The notes beneath the pieces were generated by a model that worked only from the letters and a program-made list of their open reading frames with translations, was not told where the DNA came from and searched no databases. A DNA stretch of 64,000 nucleotides from an uncultured Methanoregulaceae archaeon (lineage in GTDB: Archaea; Halobacteriota; Methanomicrobia; Methanomicrobiales; Methanospirillaceae): assembly GCA_963701095.1 (NCBI GenBank), contig OY969564.1:2528001-2592000 (forward strand), in the 5' to 3' direction. Each line of letters begins with the position of its first letter. The stretch's first letter is position 1. Below are positions 29,926-40,412 of the stretch, piece by piece. A program made the position numbers and the translations under genes.

Positions 29926-30722
29926 CGATCATATCCATTTCGATCCCATAAACGGACGGGGAGTCGAAGCGGCAAAGGATTTCCTGCATGCAGGAGGGAC
30001 ACATATCTTTCTTGTATCGAAACCTTCGTGGTCGCTTGGAGTCTCACCGGTCTCTGGAACGGATTACGTGCCCGTTTTTGACGAAACGCTCCGGGTCGCC
30101 GGGTTAATACGGGAGACCGGCCTTGTCGTGTTTCCTGTCCTGGGTATTCATCCCGCCGAAATAAGCAGACTTACGGAACGTATGTCGTTATCTCAGGCAG
30201 TTACAGTCATGAAAGAAGGACTTGAACATGCCGCAGGTTATATCAGGGACGGTAGTGCGGTTGCCCTTAAGAGTGGGCGGCCGCATTATGAAGTAAGCCC
30301 TGAAGTATGGGCGGCTTCAAATGAAGTACTGTCCCATGCTCTCGAACTAGCCGCAGGATACCGTTGCGCTCTCCAGATCCATGCAGAAAGCGGGCCGTGT
30401 ACTGATATTGTCGGGATGGCCGAAGCTGCTGGCATTCCGGTTGATCGTGTTGTCAAGCATTACGGATCACCCGACACACCGTTGCATCCTTCACTTGTAG
30501 CCCGACATGAAGCAATTCCGGTCCTCGCCCGGAACACCGGCCGTTCACCATGGAAAGCGATTTTATGGATGAGAACTCCCGCCGGGTGCTGTGACCGGCC
30601 CTAAATCCGTTCCACGGATCACAAAAAAACTACTTGAATCGGGTGCAATTACTGAAGACGACTGCTGGCGTATTCACGGAGAGACCGTAGAGAAGGTTTA
30701 CGGTGTCCGCATTACATTGTAA
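29897..30722 (+). CDS. TatD-family hydrolase; two single-base deletions (~30531, ~30582)
   Basis: DDHIH, GIHPAE, GRPHY and QIHAE motifs; corrected tail MESDFMDENSRPGAVTGPKSVPR ends at 30722. Confidence 0.85.
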
Positions 30723-30776
30723 ACCCCAGGTATCCTTCCCATCTTTTATCTGGTGGCCACGCCAAAGATCTGATCA

Positions 30777-31070
30777 ATGTTTCTTAAAATACACCACTCA
30801 CCGGAAATTGGCGATGTGGTTGCAGTCTGTGACTATGAACTGCTCAATACAACCATTACCGGTGGCGACCTTAAAGTCACGCCATCGGGATATTTTTATG
30901 GAACCACGCGGGTGGACGAGGCTGCAGTAACCGAGGCCCTTCGTACAGGTGGAAATATCAATCTCATTGGAGAACGCGCTGTTGGCGTAGCCGTAAGGAT
31001 GGGTTTGATCACCCGCGCCGACTGTATCATGATCGGCAGTGTCCCGCATGCCCAAATCTACCAGCTATGA
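30777..31070 (+). CDS. DUF424 family protein
   Basis: VVAVCDYELL..FYG..INLIGERAV..VPHAQI. Confidence 0.85.
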   Translation: MFLKIHHSPEIGDVVAVCDYELLNTTITGGDLKVTPSGYFYGTTRVDEAAVTEALRTGGNINLIGERAVGVAVRMGLITRADCIMIGSVPHAQIYQL

Positions 31071-32110
31071 CGACGATCAGGGATAGGTTCTGCCCAAAAT
31101 GTGGCGGACCTTCAGATGAAGAAGGGCTGTGCGCAAAATGCCAGGCTGCAGATACGCAGTGGGCTGAATGCGACACCCGGGTGACAAGCACCCATTGTCC
31201 CAGTTGCGGTGCGACTAAACAGGTGAATACATGGACGGATACGAACCGCGAGCGGGCGGAGCTTGCACCTGATCTAGCCCGAACTGCGGTTCATTTTCAC
31301 CCTGACGTGAAAAAACGCGCGATTAGTGTTGAAATCCAGGACATCAGCCCCAACCGGTCCCGTGCATATCTTACTATCACCGGCACGTTATACGGGCATT
31401 CGGTTGATAAGACCTGCATGGTTGAACTGGCATGGAACAAAGAGCAATGTGACCGGTGCAACCGTATCACCGGCAGTTACTACGAAGGCATAGTACAGGT
31501 CCGTGCAGAGGAGCGTACAATTAGCATCTTTGAGATGCAGAAAGCCGCTGCCATTGCGACCCAGATAGAGGAAACCCTTCAGGAAGGTGGGGAACGACTT
31601 TCATTTATATCGGATATGACAGAGACCCGGGATGGTCTTGATATCACGGTTGGATCCCAGCATATCGGTTTACTTATTGTGCAGGGAATCACAGCGCAAC
31701 TGGGTGGAAGATATACGACCCACCCAAAACTCGTCGGAGAGAAATGCGGAAGGCAGATCTTCAGAATCACGTACCTCGTCCGGCTGCCCCGGTACCAGCG
31801 TCATGATGTGGTGAAACTAGGACGGACCTACGCGGAGATCGAACAGGTAGATTCCCGTCATGTCCGGGTTTTTGATCTCTCCGAAGGCAGGAGCCGGTCA
31901 ATAAAAGAGGAGGATATCGTACGCATGATCGGGAATGTCCGTAATGCTGAACCAGCCCTTATCGCGTATGTCTCCGCAGGTATGATGGGACTTCTTGACC
32001 CGGCAACAGGTGCCACAAGAGAAGTGCCAAAAAAACCATGGCAAATCGTGAATGAAGGAGAGAACGTCCAGGTGCTCCGTGACGGTGACACCTTTATCGT
32101 GATGCGGTAA
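31067..32110 (+). CDS. nmd3: NMD3 family ribosome biogenesis protein
   Basis: Four CxxC pairs, YYEGIVQVR, DGLD and RITYLVRLP motifs. Confidence 0.88.
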   Translation: MTTIRDRFCPKCGGPSDEEGLCAKCQAADTQWAECDTRVTSTHCPSCGATKQVNTWTDTNRERAELAPDLARTAVHFHPDVKKRAISVEIQDISPNRSRAYLTITGTLYGHSVDKTCMVELAWNKEQCDRCNRITGSYYEGIVQVRAEERTISIFEMQKAAAIATQIEETLQEGGERLSFISDMTETRDGLDITVGSQHIGLLIVQGITAQLGGRYTTHPKLVGEKCGRQIFRITYLVRLPRYQRHDVVKLGRTYAEIEQVDSRHVRVFDLSEGRSRSIKEEDIVRMIGNVRNAEPALIAYVSAGMMGLLDPATGATREVPKKPWQIVNEGENVQVLRDGDTFIVMR

Positions 32111-32123
32111 TTCCCGGTCCTGT

Positions 32124-33001
32124 ATGCGAGTAAGGGCAACTCAGAAGGGTCAGTTAGCTGCTATCTGCGGAGAATCATGGATCGATACGACCAGACATCC
32201 TTATATTGAGGGGGATATTGCATGGGTACCGGTTCGGGAGGGCCTTTCGTTTGATTGCGAGCTGACCAGAACGAAACGCGTATTCCGGCCGGGTTTTTTT
32301 ATGCTGGGTGACATAGCGGTTATCCATGGGACCAGACCCACATTACCAGAAGTAGAAGAGATTGTCCGGTTCCGTTCCCCTCGCGGCGTTCTTTGGATCG
32401 CAAATCTCTCCGATGTGACTCGCACGCCTGGATCAGAGGTCCTGTGGGGTAGTGTTGGTGAAATCTGCCACCGGGAAAACGGGTATGAATACTATTTCGA
32501 TCCGTGCAAAGTGATGTTCGCACAGGGAAACCTCAACGAAAAAGTGCGTATGGCCCGTCTCATCTCCGAAGGGCCCGGTGATGAATATGTTGCTGATATG
32601 TTTGCAGGTATAGGGTACTTCACAATACCCATGGCAGGGAACGGTGCACAGGTCCACGCTATGGAGATCAACCCGGTTGCTTTTGACTACTTGAAAATGA
32701 ATATCACAAGAAATGGTCTTGAGACCCGGTGAATGCTTCCTTTGGGGATTGCCGGACGTCACTCACCGGTTTTTATGACCGGGTTGTGATGGGTCATTTT
32801 AATGCAATCGATATGTTACCTTGTGTTTTTCCCCATGTTAAGGCAGGAAGTACTATCCATGTCCATAGTATCGGCGAGGTTACTGACAAAATCATGGACA
32901 AGGTTGAAGGAGCAGGTTTTTCTGCATCTATCCAAGTATATAAGGTTAAGAAATACCGCCCGCACACATGGCATGTTGTGCAGGATGTGAATCTCTCGTG
33001 A
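32124..33001 (+). CDS. Trm5/Taw2 (Met-10+) family SAM-dependent tRNA-modifying transferase; frameshift at ~32729
   Basis: HRENG..FDP.KVMF..GN..EK, DMFAGIGYF, EINP, DRVVMG and VKKY motifs. Confidence 0.85.
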
Positions 33002-34167
33002 CCGTTCAGACGCTTGCCGGAAAAGAGATTGTGATTGGTGTGACCGGAAGCATCGCGGCTGTCGAAACGGTCAAATTAATTCATGCGTTTCGCAGAAAAG
33101 GCGCACAAGTCCAGCCTGTTATGAGCCGGGCGGCTCAGGACATCATCCAACCTGATGCACTAACGTATGCAAGCGGCAGGCAGACAATTACGCGCCTCAC
33201 GGGGCTGGTAGAACATGTAACCTGCTGCGGAGACGGTGGAAGCGCATCTCTTCTGCTCATCGCTCCCTGTACAGCAAATACTCTTGGGAAAATTGCATGC
33301 GGAATTGATGATACCCCGGTTACAACTTTTGCGACGACAGCTTTGGGGAGTGGGATGCCGGTCATTGTGGTGCCTGCGATGCACTACAGTATGTTCCGGC
33401 ACCCGGCAGTATCCGGGAATATCAGGACTCTTGAATCATGGGGGGTCGGGTTTGCAGGTCCAAGAGTTGAGGAAGGAAAAGCAAAGATAGCTGATATCGA
33501 CGAAATTATTCTTCGTTCCGAACGAGCCATCCTTGGCAGACCCCTGGCCGGGAAAACCGTCCTTGTCACAAGCGGCGCCTGCCGGGAACCAATAGATGAC
33601 GTGCGGATACTGACAACCCGGTCGAGTGGCCGGATGGGACAGGAGATTGCCCTTGAAGCGTACCGGCTTGGCGCCGCAGTAACTATTATCCATAACGGAA
33701 CCCTTCCGTGCGTGGACAATGTTTTTGTGGAAACGGCAGGGGAGATGAAGCAAGCAGTTGATGTGTATATCAAAAAAGACAATCCTGATTTGTATATCAG
33801 TGCAGCAGCCATATCAGATTTTGCGCCGAAGAGAAGGGAAGGGAAAATCAAAAGCGGGAAACTGGCTACGATTGATCTTTTCCCGCTTCCAAAACTTATT
33901 GATCCTCTCATGGAAACAAAAGGAACGCGGGTGGTAGCCTTTAAAATCGGGAGAAATCCCCTTCCAGAGGCAAAGGCGTTGCTTGAACGTGGCGCATGGA
34001 TGGTGATTACCAATACCCCGGAGAGTATGGGGACGGCTACCGGCGCCTACCGCGTGGTGACCGGTTCGGACAAAAAAGGCAAGCCCGTTTCCGGAACAAA
34101 AGAAGAGATTGCAGACCGGATCTGGCAGGCTATTTTGTCGGGCATAAAAAGAAACGATGGCGTATGA
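32998..34167 (+). CDS. coaBC: Phosphopantothenoylcysteine decarboxylase/ligase
   Basis: GVTGSIAA, APCTANT, PAMH, EPIDDVR..SSGRMG and AAISDF motifs. Confidence 0.95.
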   Translation: MTVQTLAGKEIVIGVTGSIAAVETVKLIHAFRRKGAQVQPVMSRAAQDIIQPDALTYASGRQTITRLTGLVEHVTCCGDGGSASLLLIAPCTANTLGKIACGIDDTPVTTFATTALGSGMPVIVVPAMHYSMFRHPAVSGNIRTLESWGVGFAGPRVEEGKAKIADIDEIILRSERAILGRPLAGKTVLVTSGACREPIDDVRILTTRSSGRMGQEIALEAYRLGAAVTIIHNGTLPCVDNVFVETAGEMKQAVDVYIKKDNPDLYISAAAISDFAPKRREGKIKSGKLATIDLFPLPKLIDPLMETKGTRVVAFKIGRNPLPEAKALLERGAWMVITNTPESMGTATGAYRVVTGSDKKGKPVSGTKEEIADRIWQAILSGIKRNDGV

Positions 34168-34245
34168 CCTCTGCTGGGATACTCCGCAAGCGCAACTCCT
34201 AAAAGAGTCTGACATCCAACCAGATATGACAGGTACAAGACAGCT

Positions 34246-35111
34246 ATGACACCTCCACGTGTAACGGCGTTCTGTCCCGGCCACATTTCCGGGTATTTCC
34301 GGAGAGTCGACGGAAACGATCCGGCAACAACGGGAAGCATTGGCGCCGGTATTGTGATAAGTGAGGGTGTTACTGCTACGGTACGATCTGCGCACAAATC
34401 ATCAGTGATTATACGGGTCGAGTCTAGGGGGGGAGGATCCCGGGAAGTCTCGCATGTATCGCCACCTCTTTCTTCGGCACTTGATAGTCTTGGGGTAACT
34501 GCTGCAATTGAAACAGTCTGTCGGTTGCCTATAGGCGCAGGTTTTGGACTTTCGGCAGCAGCGCTACTCGCTGCGCTTACTGCTACGAACCGGCTTTTCA
34601 GGCTCAATCTTTCTCCAGATGATATCGCCGAACTCGCCCACGAAACTGAAGTTACTTTTCGTACCGGTCTGGGGATGTAGCCGCATGCCAGGGAGGCGGA
34701 CGCGTCGTGAGAACAGGTCCGGGCATCCACGGAACAATCTTCCGCAGTTTTGATCTCGATGCACCGGTATGTGCGATTAGTTTTGGTCCGATCCATACAC
34801 CAGAGGTACTGGGGTCTCCCTCCCGGATGGCACGCGTGGCGGAGGCATTCCCGAAACGACAGCCTGCTGATGCTATGGATTTTTTCTCCTGCTGCCGTGA
34901 ATTTTCCTCAGAAAGCGGACTTGAAACTCCGACAATACAAAGAGTCCTGGCTGTATGTGACAGTCAAGACATCCCTGCGGCCATGACCATGCTTGGTGAA
35001 GGAGTTTTTGCCTACGGTGACCGTGCCTGCGATGTGCTCTCTTCATTTGGGGAAGTGTATAAAATGCATGTGGCAAAATCCGGGATACAAATCGTGGGAG
35101 ATGTCCTATGA
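34246..35111 (+). CDS. Pantoate kinase (GHMP); frameshift at ~34672
   Basis: AFCPGHISGYF, GSIGAG and PIGAGFGLSAA motifs; one added G restores TGLGDVAA; AMTMLGEGVF. Confidence 0.9.
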
Positions 35112-35839
35112 TCCCCCGGGATCACCCCAGATACGGTTCACTTGTAACCCGGGAACATCTCGCGGATTGTGCACGTTCGGGCATTGTTTCCTGGGAAGGA
35201 CTTATTGCGCATGGTCGAGGTGAGGCATTCGATTACCTTCTTGGGGAAAAGACAAGCGAGAGTGCCTATCATGCCGCGAAGACCGCAGCAGCCTTGCTTC
35301 GCACTGCCCGCCTCCCGGTAATCTCGGTGAACGGTAATACTGCAGCACTTGCGGCACCTCAGATTGCTCATCTCCAGAAAACAAGTGGGGCGCTTGTAGA
35401 GGTTAACCTCTTCCACCGTACTCCCGATCGTGTCCGGCAGATAGAAGATCTGCTCCAGTCCGCGGGCGCAGAGGTCTTTTCCGGAGAAGCGGAACGTCTT
35501 CTTCCGCTTGCTCATGACCGTGGGTTTTGCAGGCGGGATGGTATGTATGCGGCCGATGTGGTTCTTGTGCCGCTTGAGGATGGTGACCGGTGCGGCGTGT
35601 TGGTTGAAATGGGGAAAAAAGTGATTGCAATCGATCTCAATCCGCTATCCCGGACTGCAAACATGGCTACCCTTACTGTTGTGGATGAAGTGACCCGGGC
35701 CCTGCCTGTTATAGCCGATGCCTGTTCATTGCTGACAGACCAAGAGTGCCAGCATCTTATTGCAGCACTTGATAACAAGGTATTCTTGAGAGAAGCCCTA
35801 AACAAAATGAAAGCGAGGTTGTGTGATGCTCTGGACTGA
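35108..35839 (+). CDS. 4-phosphopantoate--beta-alanine ligase (phosphopantothenate synthetase)
   Basis: HPRY.SL, AHGRGEAFDYLLGE, VISVNGN, VPLEDGDR and IDLNPLSRT motifs. Confidence 0.95.
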   Translation: MIPRDHPRYGSLVTREHLADCARSGIVSWEGLIAHGRGEAFDYLLGEKTSESAYHAAKTAAALLRTARLPVISVNGNTAALAAPQIAHLQKTSGALVEVNLFHRTPDRVRQIEDLLQSAGAEVFSGEAERLLPLAHDRGFCRRDGMYAADVVLVPLEDGDRCGVLVEMGKKVIAIDLNPLSRTANMATLTVVDEVTRALPVIADACSLLTDQECQHLIAALDNKVFLREALNKMKARLCDALD

Positions 35840-36824
35840 ACGGTATCGTCCCACGAGGCTCGGGGATATCGTAGGGCAGGACCGGGTCATCGAACTCCTG
35901 TCTTCCTTCTCGGCGTCCGGGAATCTCCCTCACCTGATCCTTACCGGCCCTCATGGTACGGGCAAAAGCAGCGCAATCCGGGGCTTCGCCGAACAGATGT
36001 ATGGGGAAGACTGGGAGGCAAACACCTCGATATTCCAGACCGCGGACCTCTTTTCCCAAGGAAAAAAAATGCTTGAAGAGGATGAGCGATATGCCCATCT
36101 GTACCAGAAAGGACAAAGCCTGCTTGTAAACTTTAAATATATCCTCAAATGGTATGCATCGATGCGTCCGCTCGATGCCGACTTTAAGCTGATGGTCTTT
36201 GAAGATGCGCATGCTCTTCCCCGCGAAGCTCAGCAGGGATTGCGCAGGATCATGGAGCAGTACAGCAAAACCTGCCGTTTTATTTTTTCAACAACTAACC
36301 AGAGCGCGATTATCCCTGCAATCAGCTCGCGCTGTCTTCCGCTCTACTTTGCTCCCCTGCCTTCCGTTGTGCTTGTCTCTCAGCTCAGGGCGATAAGGGA
36401 GAATGAAGTGCAGAATGTTAAGTTCAGTTGTACTGATGACGATCTCGAACTGATTGCCGAGGCCGCGCAGGGGGATATGCGCCGGGGTATTCTTATGCTC
36501 CAGGCTGTTTTTCAGGCCGGTTCCTGCAACAATCTTGCTACACTGTCTCAAACCGAGACAGGAACTGTTGCCTCCTCGGCAGTAAGCCTGATTAAAACAG
36601 GTGACATACGCGGCGGTGTCCGTCAGCTTGAATCCCTTATGACCGATTACGGCCTATCGGGAAGAGAAGTCCTGTCAGAAATCAGGATAGCCGCGCAGCG
36701 TGAATACAACCACCCCCAGCTCGCGATCGCTCTTGCTGATGCAGATGCACGTATGAGTCATGCAAATAACGAATATATCCAGATCAACTCATTTGCGACC
36801 AGTATTAAGGAGATATTCCCATGA
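35826..36824 (+). CDS. Replication factor C small subunit paralog
   Basis: WTERYRP, GPHGTGKS, AQQGLRRIME and SRC motifs. Confidence 0.9.
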   Translation: MLWTERYRPTRLGDIVGQDRVIELLSSFSASGNLPHLILTGPHGTGKSSAIRGFAEQMYGEDWEANTSIFQTADLFSQGKKMLEEDERYAHLYQKGQSLLVNFKYILKWYASMRPLDADFKLMVFEDAHALPREAQQGLRRIMEQYSKTCRFIFSTTNQSAIIPAISSRCLPLYFAPLPSVVLVSQLRAIRENEVQNVKFSCTDDDLELIAEAAQGDMRRGILMLQAVFQAGSCNNLATLSQTETGTVASSAVSLIKTGDIRGGVRQLESLMTDYGLSGREVLSEIRIAAQREYNHPQLAIALADADARMSHANNEYIQINSFATSIKEIFP

Positions 36825-37552
36825 ATATGGTAAAGCAGGAGAAAATTCAGCAACACTATGATGAGATAGCCGAAGTCTATGATCACCATTACGATCATCC
36901 CCGTGGCCGTATCTATCATACGCGGATCAGCCGCCATGCGATGGAATCACTCCCCCGGGGAGGCAAACTCCTTGATATAGGTTGTGGCACTGGACTTTTT
37001 ATCGAAAAATATCTTGGCAATGGGGGAACTGCGGTCGGTATCGATCTGAGCAGGAACATGATTGCCCGGGCTCAAGGCCGGTGTGGATTAACGGATTTCT
37101 CTCTTGGGACGGGAGAATCGCTTCCCTTTTGCGATAACTCGTTTGATGCAATCTCAAGTCTTCTTGTCTTCAGCTACCTTCGGGATCCTTCCGCTATGCT
37201 TCAGGAGGCATACAGGGTGCTGCGTCCGGGCGGTGCAATCTCCATCTGTACTCTTGGGAAAAAACTATTGACCCGCGGAATCCCGGCTATTTACCAGATA
37301 AGTGAAAAAATCCGGATCCGGCATGTTGTTATGAAAAATTTCGGTGAGCACTACTTTGACGAAAGGGAGATGTACGAACTCTTTTGTGAAGCCGGGTTCT
37401 CTGATGTCAAGGTCAGTTGGTGCTCGTTTGCTCATATCGATATGGTAGAACCACTTTTTCACCTCGCGCGGCGAGTGGAACCGTTTATTGAGCGACGGAT
37501 TCCCCAGCTGGCTTATAATATCTGTGTTGATGCGACGAAACCTCTCGAATAA
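36821..37552 (+). CDS. Class I SAM-dependent methyltransferase
   Basis: LLDIGCGTG, GIDLS, LPF.DNSFD and RVLRPGG motifs. Confidence 0.9.
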   Translation: MNMVKQEKIQQHYDEIAEVYDHHYDHPRGRIYHTRISRHAMESLPRGGKLLDIGCGTGLFIEKYLGNGGTAVGIDLSRNMIARAQGRCGLTDFSLGTGESLPFCDNSFDAISSLLVFSYLRDPSAMLQEAYRVLRPGGAISICTLGKKLLTRGIPAIYQISEKIRIRHVVMKNFGEHYFDEREMYELFCEAGFSDVKVSWCSFAHIDMVEPLFHLARRVEPFIERRIPQLAYNICVDATKPLE

Positions 37553-37625
37553 TTGCATAGAATTGCATTTTCTCTCCCCAACCTTTATCTGCCGCACGGC
37601 AGAATTGAATAAGGAGTTTTAGAAT

Positions 37626-37961
37626 ATGGGCAAGACAGGTACAACCCTGTGGTCACAGGTTAAAGGAGTCAAGGGACAGATCCGGCTCGTTCCCAAAAAA
37701 GAAGGAGAACGCAAAAGTCCGGGACCCAACCAGAGATTCAGATCGAGTGTCAATCTTAAGAAGGTTGATCAGGCAGCAGCAGAAGAGCAGCGTGGCAGGG
37801 GCGGCGGCCAAAGGCGTGGCGGCAGTCGCGGCGGAAGGCGTGGCGGCGACCGATCAGGTGGTTCAGGTATGAACGAGTCCACAGCAAGTCCGCTCATTCG
37901 CCGGCGCATGCGCCGTTCAAAGGCATCGATCCTTGGTGCCAAGGCAAAAGCTGCGCGGTAG
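37626..37961 (+). CDS. Small basic protein (DUF5350-like) with RGG tract
   Basis: MGKTG..W..VKGVKGQIRLVP; RGRGGGQRRGGSRGGRRGG; SD GGAG. Confidence 0.7.
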   Translation: MGKTGTTLWSQVKGVKGQIRLVPKKEGERKSPGPNQRFRSSVNLKKVDQAAAEEQRGRGGGQRRGGSRGGRRGGDRSGGSGMNESTASPLIRRRMRRSKASILGAKAKAAR

Positions 37962-37996
37962 CGCGATAGTTTCCCTGGTGTGATCGTCAGGTAATA

Positions 37997-38029
37997 TCCG
38001 GGACACTCTCCCCGGACAAGTTATTTTTT
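37997..38029 (+). terminator. Hairpin plus T-tract
   Basis: tccggg-N8-cccgga followed by ttatttttt. Confidence 0.45.
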
Positions 38030-38103
38030 CCGGTTTTATGGAGTTTTCTCTGACAGATTCTTCCTGACAGCTGAATCATAATTATCTTTTATACCCAGTT
38101 ACT

Positions 38104-38468
38104 ATGGTGAGTATGGATCTTCCAACCGCAGTGAAAAGCTATCAGTTTGGGGAACGGGCAAAATCCGAACTGATTGTTGTCTCGCAGCTCTGCTCGGCGC
38201 TTACCGGTTTTCCTGACACACAGAAAAGCGGCGGTAAGAAAATGCTTCTTCTTCTTATGGAACAGGTCAGGAGTGAGGTAGCTTTTGCGGCACAGAGCAC
38301 GGGCGAAAAAGACTTCGAACACGCGATAAACTCCTTAAACGAGGCGATATCGCTTGTGGAGAGTGACCAGCCCGACCAGGCATCGGAAAAGCTGCTGCCG
38401 CCATCAGTGCATCTACCACACCGGCGCAGAAAGCATGGCAGGTACTCTCAGATCATGAACTCATCTGA
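38104..38468 (+). CDS. Conserved hypothetical protein; frameshift at ~38393
   Basis: Alternative frame AAAISASTTPAQKAWQVLSDHELI* gives a natural end overlapping the next start. Confidence 0.65.
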
Positions 38469-38982
38469 TTTTTCCCATTTTCTCTCAGACCGGTCATCGG
38501 TCAGGGAATTTGGGGAAACGCCGCTGAATCAGGACGAGGTTGACTTCATCGTATCCTGTGCGGGGACTGCACCAAGCGCGGGCGACCTCGAGGCATGGGA
38601 TGTGGTCGTGATTACCGATGCCGAATTGCGGCTCGATCTTGCAGAAGCTGCTTTGGGGCAGCGCCATGTCAGTGAAGCTCCGGCACTCTTTGTGGTCTGT
38701 GCCAACTACGTGAGGTCGATGTCCCAGTACGGTGAACGAGGTATCCTGTATGCGGTTCAGGATGCGACTATTGCCTGCACGTATATGATGCTTGCCGCCC
38801 ATGCCAGCAACATAAGTACATGCTGGACCGGGGCATTTGATGAAAATGAAGTGCGACAAATCCTCGGGTTACCTCCCCATGTTAGGCCGCTTGCAATTCT
38901 TGCGGCAGGGCACGGTAAGGCTACGGCTGTGCGGGCAGGCCGTATGGATATCGGGGAACACGTCCATAATGAAGGTTGGTAA
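38455..38982 (+). CDS. Nitroreductase family protein
   Basis: RSSVREF, APSAG..AW, YAVQDA and TCWTGAF motifs. Confidence 0.88.
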   Translation: MNSSDFSHFLSDRSSVREFGETPLNQDEVDFIVSCAGTAPSAGDLEAWDVVVITDAELRLDLAEAALGQRHVSEAPALFVVCANYVRSMSQYGERGILYAVQDATIACTYMMLAAHASNISTCWTGAFDENEVRQILGLPPHVRPLAILAAGHGKATAVRAGRMDIGEHVHNEGW

Positions 38983-39015
38983 ATAACGGGAATGAATTCT
39001 TTTGGGTGAAAAACG

Positions 39016-39354
39016 ATGCCGGACTATCTAGTGACTCTCGAATCAGCATGGTATATCAAGGAAGCAAAGACGCTTGACGACGCAATCGGAATAGCGATCA
39101 GCGAAGCAGGAAAACGGCTTAATCCTTCGGCAAAGTTTGTTGAGGTCGAGGCAGGCATTCTTGAATGCCCGTTTTGCGAACAACAGCTTTCAAGTGCCAT
39201 AGTTGTCGCAGATACTGCGCTTGTCGGGCTTGTGCTCGAGATGAAAGTATTCCGGGCTGAATCCAAGGAGCATGCGAGCCGCATAGCAAAATCAGTGATC
39301 GGAAAAGCACTCCGGGAGATCCCCTTAAAACTATTGGACGTGCAGGAAATATGA
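39016..39354 (+). CDS. DUF555/UPF0212 family protein
   Basis: [26 protein letters not shown] and [11 protein letters not shown] motifs. Confidence 0.85.
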   Translation: MPDYLVTLESAWYIKEAKTLDDAIGIAISEAGKRLNPSAKFVEVEAGILECPFCEQQLSSAIVVADTALVGLVLEMKVFRAESKEHASRIAKSVIGKALREIPLKLLDVQEI

Positions 39355-40247
39355 TTCATGTTGTAGGACACACGGCCGTCGATCATATCTCCCGCGTGCA
39401 TCATCTCCCCGAAAAAAATCAGTCTACCCATATTACGGATCGGCAGATATTTTTCGGTGGCGGGGCCGCTAATATCGCAGCAGGGATCGCTATCCTTGGC
39501 GAATCTGTCACACTTCACTCCTGTGTTGGCGATGATTTTTCCGGGAGCGATTATGAGAAGTGGATGGACAAATGGGGCATTCACCGGGAGTTTTTTGAAG
39601 TACCGGGAACCCACACACCCACCGCTTTTATGTTTACCGATGAAACCGAAAGCCAGATGACATTCTTTGAATGGGGTGCTTCAAAAGCGTTTGCGACGGC
39701 AGACGCTCCGGGGCTGCCGCTGGTTCACATGGCGACCGCGGATCCCGATTTCAACTGCCGGGTGGCACAAAAGAGCGAATTTGTCTCGTTTGATCCGGGG
39801 CAGGATGTTTTCTGGTACACAAAAGAGCAGCTCGAATCCATAATTTCCAATACCGATATCCTGTTTGCAAACCAGCATGAAGTTCAGCAGATGTGCACTA
39901 CCCTTGGGAAGACAAAAGATGACCTCATTAAAGAGGTGACAATGGCGATATTTACCATGAGCGGTGACGGTAGTATGCTTTATTTCGGGGGTAGAAATTA
40001 TTTTATTCCCGCAGTACCGGTCACTCTTGTGGACCCGACCGGTGCCGGCGATGCGTACCGGGCCGGATTCCTTTCTGCGTACGTCCGTGGATTTGCACCG
40101 CTTACCTGCTGCCAGATCGGTACGGTGACCGCATCCTATGCTGTAGAGCATGCCGGCTGCCAGACAAACCTTCCTACTTGGGACCGGATGCTTAAACGGT
40201 ACCAGGCTAATTTCGGTAAGATCGAAAAAGGAAAGTGCCAGGAGTAA
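39351..40247 (+). CDS. PfkB-family carbohydrate/nucleoside kinase
   Basis: [12 protein letters not shown] and [13 protein letters not shown] motifs. Confidence 0.92.
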   Translation: MIHVVGHTAVDHISRVHHLPEKNQSTHITDRQIFFGGGAANIAAGIAILGESVTLHSCVGDDFSGSDYEKWMDKWGIHREFFEVPGTHTPTAFMFTDETESQMTFFEWGASKAFATADAPGLPLVHMATADPDFNCRVAQKSEFVSFDPGQDVFWYTKEQLESIISNTDILFANQHEVQQMCTTLGKTKDDLIKEVTMAIFTMSGDGSMLYFGGRNYFIPAVPVTLVDPTGAGDAYRAGFLSAYVRGFAPLTCCQIGTVTASYAVEHAGCQTNLPTWDRMLKRYQANFGKIEKGKCQE

Positions 40248-40412
40248 AACGATGATCGGGGCATCACGTATCACCGGGAATAGGGATTTGATGCATGCCG
40301 GCCAGAAGGCTATTGAAAGGGGAGAGAATGTCCGGTTCGTGGTTATTCCTCTATTTGAAAACCCAGAGTCCACATTTTCGCCCTCAGCCTCTCTCAATGG
40401 GGGTTTTACCTG

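Noticed and set aside
20232..35111. Pseudogenes or programmed frameshifts in lhr, the TatD and Taw2-like genes and pantoate kinase
   Set aside because: Single-base indels in short runs throughout the window with no other decay or slippery-site pattern; best explained as sequencing error
35826..36824. Second RFC small subunit as a novelty
   Set aside because: RFC with two different small subunits is known in Methanomicrobia and haloarchaea
38104..38982. 292-aa hypothetical-nitroreductase fusion in the ORF track
   Set aside because: A one-base deletion near 38393 creates it; the alternative frame gives a natural stop at 38468 overlapping the nitroreductase start
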